From Octopus sinensis (lineage: Eukaryota), in the NCBI RefSeq assembly GCF_006345805.1, contig NC_043011.1, positions 372,001 through 436,000 on the forward strand: a stretch of DNA of 64,000 bases. Reading direction: 5' to 3'. Shown in pieces: positions 24,872-40,379 of this stretch. Position numbers and translations under genes: made by a program. The notes below the pieces were generated by a model. The model was not told the DNA's origin and made no database searches. It saw only the letters and a program-made list of their open reading frames with translations. The stretch's first letter is position 1, and every line of letters starts with the position of its first letter.

Positions 24872-26700
24872 CTAAAACCAGATTTTTCCTGAACAGAACT
24901 GCGATACCCCTCCCCCTCCAGGCTGGCCTGGAGAAATAAATTTCTCGTAGCCGTTTAGGAGGGGAGAAAAGCCTCTCGGTCCATTTAGCCAGATTTCTGT
25001 AACTATTATCACATCCAATCTATGCGACCTGAAATCATTGAGGAAACGCCCTTCTTTCCAATTCGACCCCAGGTCACGAACAATCAAACATCCTACGTTG
25101 AGTATAAACATGAAGAAAAATTACTTACCTCTGCTGGAGATGGATGATGGCCCATCTCATTCTATTTAATTTGGGGCTCATGAGGTCTTTATAACCAGGC
25201 CTTCATAAAATTGAGGAGAAAAGTCTTTCCTCAGAGGGCCTACATCATCATGGACTTTTGTTTTTAAGTTCAAATAATTAGAACTATCTATTTGAAAAAT
25301 GGAAATTCATTTGGGGGTGTGCATAGGATATTCTATTGCTGCAGGTATCTTTTTTATTTTCTGTAATAATGTCTTATAACCGGCATTTATCGCCATTAAG
25401 TTCGTGTCAGGGCGGAACATGGGTCTAGGGTTTTTCTTTTTTGGTGTACTGGGGCGCGGATGTTTGGTGTACTGGGACGAACATTTTTTCTTTTCCTAGT
25501 TACTATAGTCCAATTATTCATGTCTTCCACCTCCTCCGCCTGGGATGACTTTGGAGTTAGTGTTGTAGGTGTTGCTTGTGTTGTTGACAGTGTTGATCTT
25601 TGTGACGCTACTGTTGTTGTTGCTTCTGGTGTAGCTGTTGATCCTGGAAGTGTTGATTCCTCCAACGTCATTGCTGTTGCAGGTGTTGGTGTTGCTGTTT
25701 TCACTGGTTTTTCGATAGCCTTTTGGTTTCTCGTTGCTGGTGGGAGTATCGCTGCTTTCTCGAGGGGAGGAGTACACTCAACCCTGATATGACCTTTTTG
25801 GCCACACTTGTAGCTACGTGGATTGTTCCCCTCGATATTAACCTCCTCCAAGCCCACCGTTATTGCTGCCACAAGCCAGGCAGTGTCCACTTCTGGAGGG
25901 ATCTCTGCCACCTTTACATTGGAGGTACACTTTTCTAGGTAAGTTGGTAGGAATACCATCTCAGACATTTTTAGGGTCTCTGTGGAGTGCTGCCTGGATT
26001 TTTCCTCTGAACTAATTCTCACTTTGATTGTAGTCAACCTCTTTCCTTTTGTGAGGAACACAACTTCTTGCCAAATGTGTCGAAGACACTTCTTCACCGC
26101 CTCTTTATTAACTGTTTCCAATTTTCTGCTTTTTAGCACAACCGTTTTAGAAACCACAGTGCTTCTTTCAGCTTTTTCCAAGATTTCGCTGGGAGGGGAG
26201 ATTTTTAATTCCTACCCCTCCCGTTTTATCATTTGTTTGAATTTCTCCATTTCTTCGGTGTTTATTTTGACTTCTCTCCTGGCCACTCCAGCGGCCGCAG
26301 CAAAATTTGGTTTTACAGTCTCCTTTTCGGGAGACAAAACTTTGTTTGGTTCCTTAACTGAGCTTGACAGATTTTTCACATCCTCCTTAACAGGAGACAC
26401 ATTTTTTTGCTTTTTCTGCTCCTTCACAGAGCTTAACAGTTTGTCTTTACTGGGAGACGCAATTTCTTCCTCCTCACTGGAATTATTATCTGTTATCATT
26501 TTTTTGGGGTGGTTTAAAATAAACTCAGAAAATATAAAAAATTTCCCCTTCAAGCTAGGAGGAATAAATAACAAACGCTGCAAACAGCAGTAACAGTTTT
26601 TAAAACAAATAAAACAATTCCAACAACATTCAAAGTGTTTTAAGAAATACAAAACACTTTAACGGTAGAAATCATCAAAGAAAAATTTCTGGCGATTTCT
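24872..26700 (-). mobile_element. Tx1 copy D: 5' UTR, frameshifted ORF1 and the start of the ORF2 APE endonuclease
   Basis: ORFs 26212-26652 and 25396-26181 with YKCGQKGHIRVEC knuckle; 24872-25111 LNVGCL..RDL...DVIIVTE. Confidence 0.8.
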
Positions 26701-26714
26701 AGCCTTAGTTTTAA

Positions 26715-27330
26715 TCACTTACCAGGGACCAAAACAGAGGGGACGATACAAGACACGGGTCGATAAAATCGAGTGATATTTACAACAAAATGAACATTTT
26801 AAGAATATAGGAAAAATATAATCGTGTTTTGAACAAACAAAAGGACAATACAATGAAGTGGGGGACAGGTTCGGCTCCGACCCCACAAGCCCCGTTCCAC
26901 CACTGAGACCTTTCCATTATTCTTCATAGTTTACACTTACGTCTGGTTATTCATACCCGGCATTCGCACCACTTTCATCCATCTTTTGTCGTATGTCGCA
27001 GACGACAGACATCTCCTCTCCAGCCGTATTTTCCTTTTGAGATGGAAAATAAAGAACGTTACCAATCCCCGGCTGGAAATGAAGACGCCTGTCGTTATTC
27101 CTTTCATACGAGTTTTCCATACTGCGTATTTCGCCATAGCAATTACAACGAGAAAAGACGGCGGAATAATCTTAATGTACTCTTCACAGACGGGACAGCA
27201 GCTGTTCGACATAAACCCACAATTCCGAGATTTTCGGATGTTGTACAAAAGTGTGCAGGACAGAGAAACTGTCCTACTCACAACTTGGAGAAGTGGGCAT
27301 ATCAGTAAAGTTGCGGGCAAAAATTAAGGC
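26715..27330 (-). mobile_element. Tx1 copy C: ORF2 C-terminus and 3' UTR, directly upstream of copy D
   Basis: AMAKYAVWKTRMKG...FHLKRKIRLERRCLS...RW matches the ends of copies A and B. Confidence 0.85.
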
Positions 27331-28138
27331 TTTATTTAAAAGAATAGGAGAAATAGATTCGTAATAATTAGAAATATCAAACTGAATAAAATGGATACGT
27401 TGCTTATCTTCGAGGGAATCGAACCATGTGATTAATTGTCGACAGAGCACCATAAAGAGAGTTTGACCTTATTTTTAACGAGGCCCAAATCAGAATTAGT
27501 TGGGCAAATTAAAAAATTTGTAGAATCCCCGAATCATGTCCACTTGCCGGTTCATATCTTAGGAAAAATGTGGTGTATAAATTGCACAGTAAAAGTAGAT
27601 TACCAAAAAAAAAAGAAAAGAAAAACAGGTATACATAGGGAACACTATTGATTTTAAGATGAGATACAGAGCCCATTTAAATTCCTTTTCTAAAGCTAAG
27701 CATAAAAACTCAACGATTCTCGCCTCATATACACACCACCTAAGAGATAGCAACACTGATTATATTTTATCGTGGTCCATAATTACAGAGGACCGCCTAA
27801 TTATAGTGCTAGTTTGAATAGATGCAGGTTATGTATAAGGGAATCAAATATCATCCTTAGATCATACAGTGCAAACACAGTAAATACAATTTTGTGATGC
27901 GATTCCCTCATGTAGTCATAAACTCCATTTCACATTTTGGAAAATTTATAGAACCAAACATACTTGGAGGAATGCCTGTAATTTGAAACCTTTTAGCTTT
28001 TAGTATTGTGAATATGTCATTCTGCTACACATAATTAGACTTAAGTCTCAATAGGTTAATATTCTTGTCCCATCATTCCATGTTCTCCATTCTCTCATTT
28101 GCATGCGTAAGAATGAATTTTTATATAAACCTATATCC

Positions 28139-28203
<65 letters not shown>

Positions 28204-28259
28204 CAACAACAAAATCGAAAAATACCTTAGGAATGAGAACCCAGGTTCGAAATTTCCCC

Positions 28260-29930
28260 AAGACACCTGGTGAAGGTTGGAGGTATATCAGCCGAAACGT
28301 TGGTGTTAACAACAAACAAGATGAGGACAAATATCCGACAATTGTAAATAATGAAAATAATGTACATAACTCATCTTCTCTTAGATATAGAGCTGTTTTA
28401 TCTAATCGGTACGGAGCTGACATTAGACTTCAATGGAGACATATAGAGAAACGCCAAAAAAATCTAGCTCATCTTTCAAACCATCTAACTTTCTTGTGTA
28501 GATGTAGAGAGTCAAAGCTTGAATATAACGACACCAGTGGATTCATATAAAGCTAAAAAAAGTAGCGGAAAGGTCAGGACACGCCCTCGTCCGTGAGAGG
28601 CTCCATTACAACCGCTGGAAAAGACATCAACTAAATAACGAAATCAAAGAGAGGTTATCTTCATTACTTAGAAAAATAACTAGAGATGGTGATAGAAAGA
28701 GAATCTAACAAGATCTGGAAATGTCGTACATGAAAGAATTTGAAATGGTGAAGACATGCCAAATAAAGAAGTTTATGAAACTCAAAGGTCAGAGAATGAA
28801 GACTGAAATCCGTCACCCACCTGTGAAAGCAGTAATTAATGTAAGTAGCCCACACCTAGAAAGCTCTGAAGAAGCAGTACTAAACAAAGGTCTCAACTTT
28901 GTGACAACCATCAAGCGCATTCAATAGCCCCTATTGAAGATATAGCCATAAAGATATCAAAAGCTCAGTGAGATGAACTAAGATGGAAAGTGAGACAGCT
29001 ACAAGAAAAAGTGAAACTTCTCAAACCAAACATCACTAAGGAAGAAACATTCGCTATCAAAAGACTACAGAGAGACAATTCCATCATAATTATTCCAGCA
29101 GACAAGGGAAATGCTACAGTCTGACTACTCGGAAAACTGGCAATCTTATAAGTGATGGTAGCTACAGCAAAGAAAAACCCAACTCTGAAAACAGAGAGGA
29201 AGTTGTCACAGATCTTGATCAAGAACAAGGATCGCTTTAAACCAATGAAGTACAGACAACTGACTCAACACTACAGTAAACCTTTACTACCACACATGTA
29301 CAGTCTTCCTAAGATTCACAAGGACGGTATTCCATTAAGTTCTATAGTGAGCTGTAGAGGTTCAGCATGTCATCCACTGAGCTGCTTCCTTGTGGATATA
29401 ATCAGTCCATTAGCAGGAAAGTCAACATCGTAAATGAAGAATTCAACCCACATCACAGAATTGATCAACGATACCCCCACTGAATCCAACCAGATGGTGA
29501 GTTTAGATGTGATAAGTCTGTTCACCAAAGTCTTAACTGGTGAAGCACTATCGGTGATTCAAGAAAAACTAGTGACAGACACCGATCTAAAAGAACGCGC
29601 TAGTATACCAATAAGAAGCTTGATGGAAATGCTGACCTTCTGTGGAGAAACTACCTACTTCAGTCTGGACACTTATATATCGACAAGAAGAGGGTTTGGT
29701 TATGGGTTCGCCATTATCACTGATAATAGCCAATAATAGCTAATATATACATGGAATACTTTGAGAATTTGCCTTTAGGATGAGCACCACTAAAACCAAC
29801 CATATGTTGATGACACCTTCATACTCTGGCCTCACCAGGAAGATGTCCAAGTGCTGTTAGATCATGTGAACTCAATAAAACTATCTATACAGTTCACAAT
29901 GGAAAAATAAAAAGACAATCAGCTAGCTTT
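28260..29930 (+). mobile_element. Degenerate PLE with a 5' HHR relic
   Basis: LSNHLTFLCRC, VLNKGLNF, PADKGNATV, YSLPKIHKDGIP, VSLDVISLFTKV and YVDDTF. Confidence 0.8.
28263..28306 (+). ncRNA. Degenerate hammerhead ribozyme (A6G)
   Basis: ACAC-CTGGTGA-A-GGTTG/CAGCC-GAAACGT-TG-GTGT. Confidence 0.55.
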
Positions 29931-29949
29931 TGAAGAAAAAGATTACTCT

Positions 29950-30880
29950 CAGATACGAGCATGTCGTCCTGAAACGATAAGAAAAAAGAAAAACGAATGT
30001 GTTGGTCATCCTATGGTTGTGGAGGTTAACATTTTAAAAGTAATTGTCCTTTTAAAAATGGTAAATGTTTCGATTGTGGAAAAATCAGAAATACAAAGCT
30101 CACATTGTATAGCGAAAAAAAAAGGATCAAACAAAAAACTTTGTAAAGAATGTATTGTTAAAAAAAAATTCTAAGCGAGACTCAGAAAAGAAAATTTGTG
30201 TCCATAAAATTGAAAAATATGAATAGCAAGTTACAATTGGATACAAGCAGTGATAGCACGATAATTGATACAGATACATAGAGAAAAATAGGGGAACCTA
30301 GATTAAAGGAATCTTCGAAAATTGCGTGAGGTGTTTCAGGAAAAAAAATTGCATTTTATGGGCGAAATGATAGGTGATGTTACATTTCGTGGAAAAACTT
30401 AGAAAGCCAAATTTTTGTTTTGAAAAATACGACACCCATAAATATTTTTTGTAAGAATGTAAATGGTTCTTCCGTCTGTACAAATAAGGCGTCGGAGAAT
30501 TTAAAAAAAGAATAAAGAAAAAAATTTCCAGAAGTTTTTTTTGAGGAATTAGGCCTTTGCATCAAAACAGAGGCGAAGTTTCAAGTGAAAGAAAACGCTA
30601 TACCGGTATTTGAATCTAAACGAACGGTACCTTTCGCAGCGTTGAAACAAGACAACGAAGAATTGGATAGACTTGAAACGCTTGGCGTTATTGAAAAAAA
30701 ACTGATCACTCAAAATGGGCGTATTCAACAATTTATGTCAATAAAATCCGAGTATGTGCTGATTTCTCAACGGGATTAAACGAATGTTTGCTGCCTAGTC
30801 CGGAAGAAATGTTCGCGAAGTTGAATGAAGGAATATTTTTTTCAAAGTTGGACCTATCTGAAGCATATTTGCGGGTAAAA
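29950..30880 (+). mobile_element. Ty3/Gypsy gag-protease-RT remnant
   Basis: CPFKNGKCFDCGK knuckle, QLDTSSDSTI protease-like motif, ELDRLETLGVI, ADFSTGLN, FSKLDLSEAYL. Confidence 0.75.
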
Positions 30881-31254
30881 GTTACGTTCATATCATTGAT
30901 AAAGAGGGAATCCGGCTGTCGAAGTTAAAAGCAGATGCGACTACAAATACTCCAGTTTTAACATCACTAAGGAAATTAAGAGAGTTCTTTGGCCATATAA
31001 ACTTCTATAGACAGTTTATTCTGCATTGTATGGAGACCATATATCTGCTGGTAGAATTACTATGCAATTGTAAACGAAGAAATGAAAGTATCTCTTTAAT
31101 TCTAACAGAATTACAGTTTTTTAACAACTTTAAAGAAAAATTAACGAGAGTTAGCTTGCTAGCCTATCCGATACCAGCTGCACCTCTATCACTAATGGTA
31201 AATGTATCTGATGTAGGAATCAGTGGAATGTTGCAACAATTTGTCCCAAACTCC

Positions 31255-31733
<479 letters not shown>

Positions 31734-32142
31734 CACCTGGCAACTTTTTCTTTTTTCTTGAGGTGTTTCAAGATATAGTACTTTCACATGAGAGTTGTTG
31801 ACCTCTTACTTGTCAGTAAAGCATTTTTGCTATTTCTTGGAAAGAACCTTCACCATTTATACTGATCATAAACCATTAACCCATGCATTACCATCCAAAA
31901 GGGATAAATATTCCCCAACGGGTATTAAGCATCTTGATTATTTTTCACAAGTTACTGTGGATATATGTGATATGAAGGGCTCTAAAAGTTCCGCAGCTGA
32001 CTCATTATCTCGTGTTCATGTGAATGCTTTGCACTCTTGGGATACCATTAATTTGAGAAATTACTGCGGGTTCGAGAAACAATGAAGAATTATTGAAACA
32101 CCACAATTCAGAGTGATATTATCTAAATTTTCGTCTATTACC

Positions 32143-32566
32143 AGATCTTTTCGGTTTGAACGGCAGTTTTTAACATAATCTCTAGGTAACTAAAAAATTT
32201 TAAACTTCGTATACTGGTAGAATGTATTTATAAAGCATCTTTTTCTCTTGGTTTATTGAGAAAATTCTATACTTTGAAAGATATTTGTTGTTTTTTTCTT
32301 CAATTTCTGCAATTTCAACCAATCAGTGACGTCTATTGAGGTAAATAACATTCTGTGCCGTATGAATAGGTCTCTCGTTTAAGAAACAGATTGAGTTTAT
32401 TTACATTTGTAAAAAAAAAAAAAAATTACCCTTCCCCCCACCCCTAACCCTAACCCTAACCCTAAAACAGATTGAAATGCAATAGATCGATACTAGGGTC
32501 ATACTTATGGGTGACAATTTCATATGACACCGCTAGAAAAAACTGCCGTTCAAACCGAAAAGATCC
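32143..32566 (-). mobile_element. TTAGGG-carrying hAT MITE (copy 3) inside Gypsy pol
   Basis: Same TIRs and body as 50002-50423; TSD not clear. Confidence 0.9.
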
Positions 32567-34050
32567 CATGCTACTGTTTCACCAATATGATATGATGTGG
32601 ATCTTCTACTGAAAAATCTTAGACAAACGGTTTTTTCAGCTCTTCATAATTTCTCTTATCCTGGTATTTCGGCAACAACAGAATTGATTTCAGCCTATTT
32701 CATATGGCCAGACATACAAGGATATTTATAACTGGGTATATCTTGTTAAAAAGCTAAAGTTCACTACCACATTAAGCTACCACTAGGCATCTTTGACACT
32801 CCTGATGGCTCATTTTAAACTTACTTACATTGATATTGTGGGTCCTTTACTCCCCAGCATAGGACAAAGTATATTTATTAACTTGTACAGACCATTTTTA
32901 AAGATGGTCTGAAGCTATATCGATTAAGAATATTTCATCTCTGGCGGTTACAAAATTCCTAGTTACTGAATAAGTTTTACATTTTGGTATTCATACTACA
33001 ATAACACCTGACAGAGGTCGTCAATTTGAATCTAGTCTCTTCACTGATTTAATTAATCTGTTAGGTGCGGAAGGAGTTTGTGCAACAGCTTATCACCCCA
33101 TTTTATATAGAATGATAGAATGTTTTCATTGTCAGCTTAGATGTTCAAAAGCCCTGCTGATCGTGTTACTAGGAGTACATACGACTATTGCAGAAGACAT
33201 AGGTTAATCTACAGCAGAAGTACTGTACTGCCTGGTCAGATAGCGATAGGAACAAATAACCACAACGTAATCCTACTAATTATGTTAATCGATTGCTAAT
33301 CTATATGGCGGAGTTACCTCCGTTAATTATGAGACCCGAGCTGATTAAAACTTTCGTTCTGTTAGATATAAATACTTGGACTCGTGTTTTTGTACGTAAT
33401 GATACAGTTAAGCATTCCTTGCGCACAGCGTATTCTTGTCCATATCGGATTGTAAAAGCCAAGCAAAGGCATATGATCCTTGACATGCAAGGAAGACATG
33501 AAACTATGAGTTTTGATAAACTCAAGAAAGCCTTCTATCTTCTGCAATACCTAGAATGATCTATCTATACACAAAGCACAAAACATTCTCTCACAGCACT
33601 GTTTTACGTCAGAGTGAGACTAAAAGTGGAAGAAACGTGCATTGGCCAACCAAGTTCACACAATCCTACTACATTTGAACTGCGTTCCTGAATACCCCCA
33701 CGTGACTGAAGCTGAACTAACCGATTACAATAGATAAGAACTGAGTGAACTGTCAATGGGGGTATTTGACGGTATTAGTTCGACCGTGTTGGGTAACCGT
33801 ATTAGTTCGATGTGTGTAGGTTTAACAATCAGTAGTTGAACAGTGAATACTGAGTATCGTGCCTACGTTCGAGTAGTACAGAGTGCGTTCTGTGTTAACA
33901 TGTATTTCTGCGATAGGTTATTGTTAGATCACCACAACCAACTATTTATTCGTATGATACCATTTTACACCAGACGTGTATATCCACGTCATAACAATTC
34001 CACCCCGCCCAAATAAAAAACACAACTGTTATGTATCTATGAAAGCTGTG

Positions 34051-34174
34051 AATAATAATAATAATAATAATGATGATGATGATGATGATGATAATAATAA
34101 TAATGATAATAATAATAATGATGATGATGATAATAATAATAATGATAATAATGATGATGATAATAATAATAATG

Positions 34175-34225
<51 letters not shown>

Positions 34226-34242
34226 GTAATAATAATAATAAC

Positions 34243-34294
<52 letters not shown>
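34051..34294. repeat. (AAT)n/(GAT)n microsatellite
   Basis: Direct reading. Confidence 0.95.
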
Positions 34295-34295
<1 letters not shown>

Positions 34296-34704
34296 GTGAA
34301 CACCGGGGACGTTTAAGATGTAAGAAGGAAAATTCAGAGCTCCGAAATCTATCCACAAACATCGAAAACAAGGACATCCTATGGAGCCAAAGTTTTACTA
34401 ACAAAGAATTGGACTGTATCCGAGTAAGTAATACTAATTGAAATTTATTACTATTTTCGAAACGAAATGATGTATTTTGACTCGATATCATCTCCGCCTC
34501 TAACGCAACACATGTAAACATGCGTGGAACATCACGATCATCTCCGACCCCAAACACCATGTACAAAGGAACTACGAAGAAATTAAATGCCACCGATACT
34601 ATTCAACCCAAGAATAACAATCGAGCGGTACGTGTATATCCACGTCATAACAATTCCACCCCGCCCAAATAAAAAACACAACTGTTATGTATCTATGAAA
34701 GCTG

Positions 34705-34741
<37 letters not shown>

Positions 34742-37700
34742 TGATGATGATGATGATGATAATGATGCTTTATGTATAGATAGATCAACAAAAAATGTAC
34801 GAAAAACTACACGTGCAAAATAATGTGACAACAGAAATAAACGGACCGGTACCCTACGAAAATGACGACCGTCAAAATAATGGGCCGGACGTTGTACCTC
34901 ATGTCCCGCAAATAAAACCCAAAAGACGTAAATGGACACGTGAGGAATACATTTCTATCTTACACGCATACTTCACAGCAGTACTCTACCCAAAAAATGA
35001 AAATACAACAACACATACATATAAAATATGGAAGGAAAATAATAGAGATATAGACTTGGATGAACCCTAATAAATTAGCTAACGTACGAAGATACATTCT
35101 CAACACAAAAAAAATATCAGAAATAGAAATAGAACACCTAAAAGAAAACATACACCAGGAAAATGTAGATAGAAGCCACACAACAATGCCCAATAATATA
35201 AACACTGAAACTGTAAAACACGAAGACAAACGCAACATTCCCAACAAACACGATGTAAACAACGAAGGGGAGCCTAATGATTATGATAATATAAAAAATA
35301 AAATAATCAAAGAACTGAAAACCACAGAGCTCAAAATGGACCACCGACCATACCTCCCAAGAATCAAAATAAACAAAATAACAACACCTATTATAAACAG
35401 CATAAACTAGCCGTCACTGAACTGATAGCCACTGAATCAAAAAAAAGTGATATCACTGAGCTAAATAACCTAATATACGCAGCAGCCACTGCAGCCACAA
35501 AAGAAGCTGGATACTCACCCAAACCCGCCCAAACAGGAGTACCACCACCCAAACAAACCCTGTGGATAAATAACATCCAAAGCAAAATAAAAAAAAATTA
35601 GAAAAGACCTGTCGATTCTTAATGAAATCAGCAAAGAATCAACGCTACTGAGCAACAAAAAGAGAACAAAAATACTCCGCAAATATAACATCACAGAGAA
35701 AGATTTGCCTGAAATAAAAGAAAAGCTGAAGCAAGATATCTTTGCCAAAGCACAAAGGATCCGCCGGTACAAGAAACGCCAACGCTTCTTTGAACAAAAC
35801 AAAAAGTTCAACTCCAATCCCAAAAAGTTCTACCAAGAACTGGGAAAAAATAAAATAGAAGTCACTGCAGCACCAACGGCAGAAGGATTGGAAGAATTCT
35901 GGGGAGAAATATAGTCGGCGAACGAACCACCAAAAAAAAGGAGTATCAGAATAACAAACTCGGCATCTGAACAACTTTGGACCCCCATAACAACTGAAGA
36001 GGTCACCCAGGCACTGCAAAGACTAAGCAACTGGAAGGCACCTGGGCATGACAAGATCCCCAACTTCTGGTTGAAATATCTAACAGGAATGCACAAAAAG
36101 CTGGCTGAAAACTTTAACAACGTACTAGCAGAGCCAGAGACAATGCCTGAATGGCTCACGAAGGGGAAAACCATCTTAATTCCCAAATCAAATGAAACAG
36201 AAAAACCAGAAAACTACAGACCAATAACCTGCCTCCCTACTATGTTCAAGGCATTTACTGCAGTGATATCACAAAGGCTGAACAAGCACCTGGACGAAAA
36301 CAAACTGTTCCCAGAAGAGCAGAAAGGATGCCGCAAAGGCTCATATGGCTGTAAAGATCAACTAATGATTAATAAAGCCATAACTGAAGACAGCCACAGA
36401 AAGAAGAAAGGCCTCAGTATGGCCTGGATTGACTACAAAAAGGCGTTTGATAGCATCCCCCACACATGGATCCTCGAAACACTAGCCATTAACAAAGTAG
36501 CACCAACAATCATAAAATTCATAGAGCACTCTATGAATAAATGGCAAACAGACCTACACCTCCAAACAAAAGAGGGACTCATGAAAACCAAAGACATCCC
36601 CATTAGAAGAGGAATATTCCAGGGAGACACGCTCTCTCCACTCCTTTTCTGCTTGGCACTGTCACCTCTATCTGATATGCTAAATAGAACTGGATGCGGA
36701 TATAAATGTTACGGCAAAACGATCAGCCACCTTTTATATATGGATGACCTAAAACTATACGCTGCAAAGACAAACAGCTGGAAACACTATTAAAGACAGT
36801 TCATGGATTTACCAAAGAAATAGATATGAAATTTGGATTAGAAAAATGCGCCAAAGTAACCCTGAAAAGAGGAAAACTAGTTAAGATTAACAACATCACA
36901 CTAGATAAAACCAATGAAATAAAAGAATTAGACCAAAGCCAAACTTACAAATACTTAGGAATCCATGAACTAGATAAGACACAACACACACAAATGAAAG
37001 AGAAAATAAAAAAAGAATATTATAGACGAGTTAGATCAATACTAAACACAGAGCTCAATGCTAAAAACAAGATAATAGGTATCAACACTGTAGCTGTCTC
37101 AGTTATAAGTTACAGCTACAATATCCTTAACTGGACACGAAATGAACTGACCAAAATAGATAGGAAAACAAGAAAAATAATGACAGTATCTAGGATGCAT
37201 CACCCAAAATCTGACATAGAAAGACTATATATACAACGTATAGAAGGTGGTAGAGGCCTTATACAGCTGGAAAACTACTATAAAATAACCACCTGCAAAA
37301 ATATCTACTTCAGAAGGAAGGAAAACTGATCCAGATAGCGGCAAAACACGAGCAAAACAAAAAACTGTTCTCAGTATTTAAGGAAGCTGACAAATACAAA
37401 CAAGAAATCATACCACCTAATAAACATGAAGAAGAAGAAGAAGAAGATGAAGAAACAACAAAAGCTATAAAACAAATGAAATCCAAACTAAAAATAGAAC
37501 AGCAACGAACCATGATAAAACGATGGCAAGAAAAGCCCCTTCATGGTAAATACTGCACTAAACTAAACGCAAAAGAAATAGACAAAGAAAAATCCCAGCA
37601 ATGGTTGAGAAGCTCAGGACTCAAAGCAGAAACAGAGAGATTTTTAATTGCAGCACAAGACCAAAGCCTCCCCACCAGAAATTACCAAAAACATGTAATG

Positions 37701-38385
37701 AAAAGAAATATTACAAGTAACTGCAGAATATGTGGAGATGGACAAGAAACAATAAATCATATTATCTCTAGCTGCCCAGTCCTGGCTAAGAAGGAATATA
37801 TTCACAGACATGACAGAGTTGGAACCTACATACATTGGAAGCTATGCCAACATTATGGAATAACAACAGAAAAAAGATGGTATAGGCACACACCAGAAAA
37901 GGTCACAGAAAACGAGAAAGCAACCATACTCTGGGATATGCTGATACACACAGATAGAGAAATTAAGGCCAACAGACCAGATATAGTTGTCAGAGATCAT
38001 GAAGAAAAAAAATGCTTTCTAATTGATGTATCAATACCGGCTGATGACAACGTGTCTCTAAAAGAAATGGAGAAACTCTCAAAATACAAAGACCTGGAAA
38101 TAGAGGTAACTAGAATGTGGAATCTGAAAACAGAAACAATTCCTATCATAGTAGGTGCATTAGGCATGATAAAAAAATATTCAGACAAATACATAACAAA
38201 AACACCAGGACTTACAAACACATATAACATACAGAAAATTGCACTACTAGGCACTGCACACATCCTACGCAGAACACTTTCCATACAATAACCATCAGCG
38301 CATCACAACAAATCACAGCACATACCCAAGGCACACAGAGCTGTGCTCGGTAGTGAAGTGAAAGCACGCTATAAAAATAAAACTA

Positions 38386-38389
<4 letters not shown>
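34295..38389 (+). mobile_element. R4/Dong-clade RLE non-LTR retrotransposon, near full length with several frameshifts
   Basis: RRKWTREE N-terminus; RT YRPITCLP, AWIDYKKAFDS, GIFQGDTLSP, LYMDDLK; CRICG..ETINHIISSC finger; RPDIV..LIDV..P...K..KY endonuclease; (AAT)n on both sides. Confidence 0.9.
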
Positions 38390-38858
<469 letters not shown>

Positions 38859-39392
38859 CAGGCAGTGGCTCTCATGGCTTCTGATCTTAACTGATTGGAA
38901 GTGTTATCATGTACATTGTTTTGTCTTGGTATAAAAGATGGGCTACAGCAAATATTCTGCTCACCACCACAGATTTGCTTGTCAGTTGTTTGACCTTAAC
39001 CAGTTGAGCATGTCCCTTAGTGGCTGACGATATGTGCATCTCTGATCACGAGCAGAAGTAGTGGGGGAGCATCATAGCCATGAGAGGGATTCTTTGGGGT
39101 TTGAATAATTCACCTCTGGAAACATGGGTGTTTCGTTCAACATCCTTAAACAACCCTTATTCAGGGACCTTTCGAGCGGGATGGGCTACTCAACCTGAAG
39201 AAAATTCTAACTGGGCCTCACCTTCAAGGTCATGTGCTGTTTATCTTGATATGAGATCACCATGTCGCGCACATATGGTTGTGATGCATGTGCCTGGTGT
39301 ACCCTTATCAGACGCGTAGTCATGATGGGTATATTGGGCTTCGTATATTTTACCCCAGTGTCACTTTGATGGCATGAACTGCTCTCTCACTC
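38859..39392. mobile_element. Non-coding interspersed repeat between (AAT)n arrays, family unassigned
   Basis: No ORF; bounded by the minisatellite and (AAT)n; resembles recurrent octopus repeats, from memory only. Confidence 0.35.
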
Positions 39393-39449
<57 letters not shown>

Positions 39450-39450
<1 letters not shown>

Positions 39451-39815
39451 CTAATAGAAATTGAAAAAATGTGGCATCTCAAGGCGACTACAGTACCAGT
39501 GATTGTAGGATCTCTAGGAATGATGAAAAAAAAAGGGTACTGAAACCTATTTGAAAATGATACCAGACTTACCAACCCTACAGGAAGTGCAAAAAATCGT
39601 ATTAACTGGAACGGCTCATGTACTGAGAAGAGCATTATCGCTGTGAAAACAACATCCATCCATGAATTTATTTATTTATTAATTTTTGAATACATATTTT
39701 ATCTGTGAATTTGCGCGTGTAATCTGGGAATGCATACAATGAGCTTCTCTGTCCTAGGTATATGGAAAACACTCGGCGAGAAACGGAAGAAAATTTGAAG
39801 AAAGAAGGAAAAAAA
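39450..39815 (+). mobile_element. Second R4-type family, 3' end only
   Basis: LIEIEKMWHLKATTVPVIVGSLG...VQKIVLTGTAHVLRRALS, then UTR; (AAT)n on both sides. Confidence 0.8.
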
Positions 39816-39837
39816 CATAATAATAATAATAATAATG

Positions 39838-39897
<60 letters not shown>

Positions 39898-40379
39898 TAA
39901 TAATGATAATAATAACAATAACAACAACAACAACAACAACAACAATAATAATAATTTTATACTGCATTTCTATTGCTTGTATATGGTTATAATATATTTT
40001 TTCTCCTTTATTATCCAAGTTACAAACATTATCATATTTACACTTTGTTCATGCTTTGTACATATAATTACATTCTGTTATCATTTATATGTAAATTTTA
40101 CTACAATGATGTTTCATTTGTTGTTTGTAACTTTTTCACTGGTAGTAGACTGTAGCAAGAACTAGCATTTGAATCCCATTCTTTTCATTTATCACACTAG
40201 TGCCACAAATAAAGTATGCAAATTATCGCATGTAAGTTTTGTTTATCGAGCAATTGTATTGCAAGAGATCATGCCACAAAGTCAGAACAGAAATGAATGT
40301 CCTTTGATTTCTCACTTTTTCGAAATCAAGGGCAGAGGCTTAGCAAGATTCAGTAGACTCACATCTCTTTCAGCTATGC

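Noticed and set aside
34295-34460. HDV-like ribozyme in the R4 5' UTR
   Set aside because: Expected from some RLE elements, but I could not assemble the nested double pseudoknot by eye; needs an RNArobo or Infernal search
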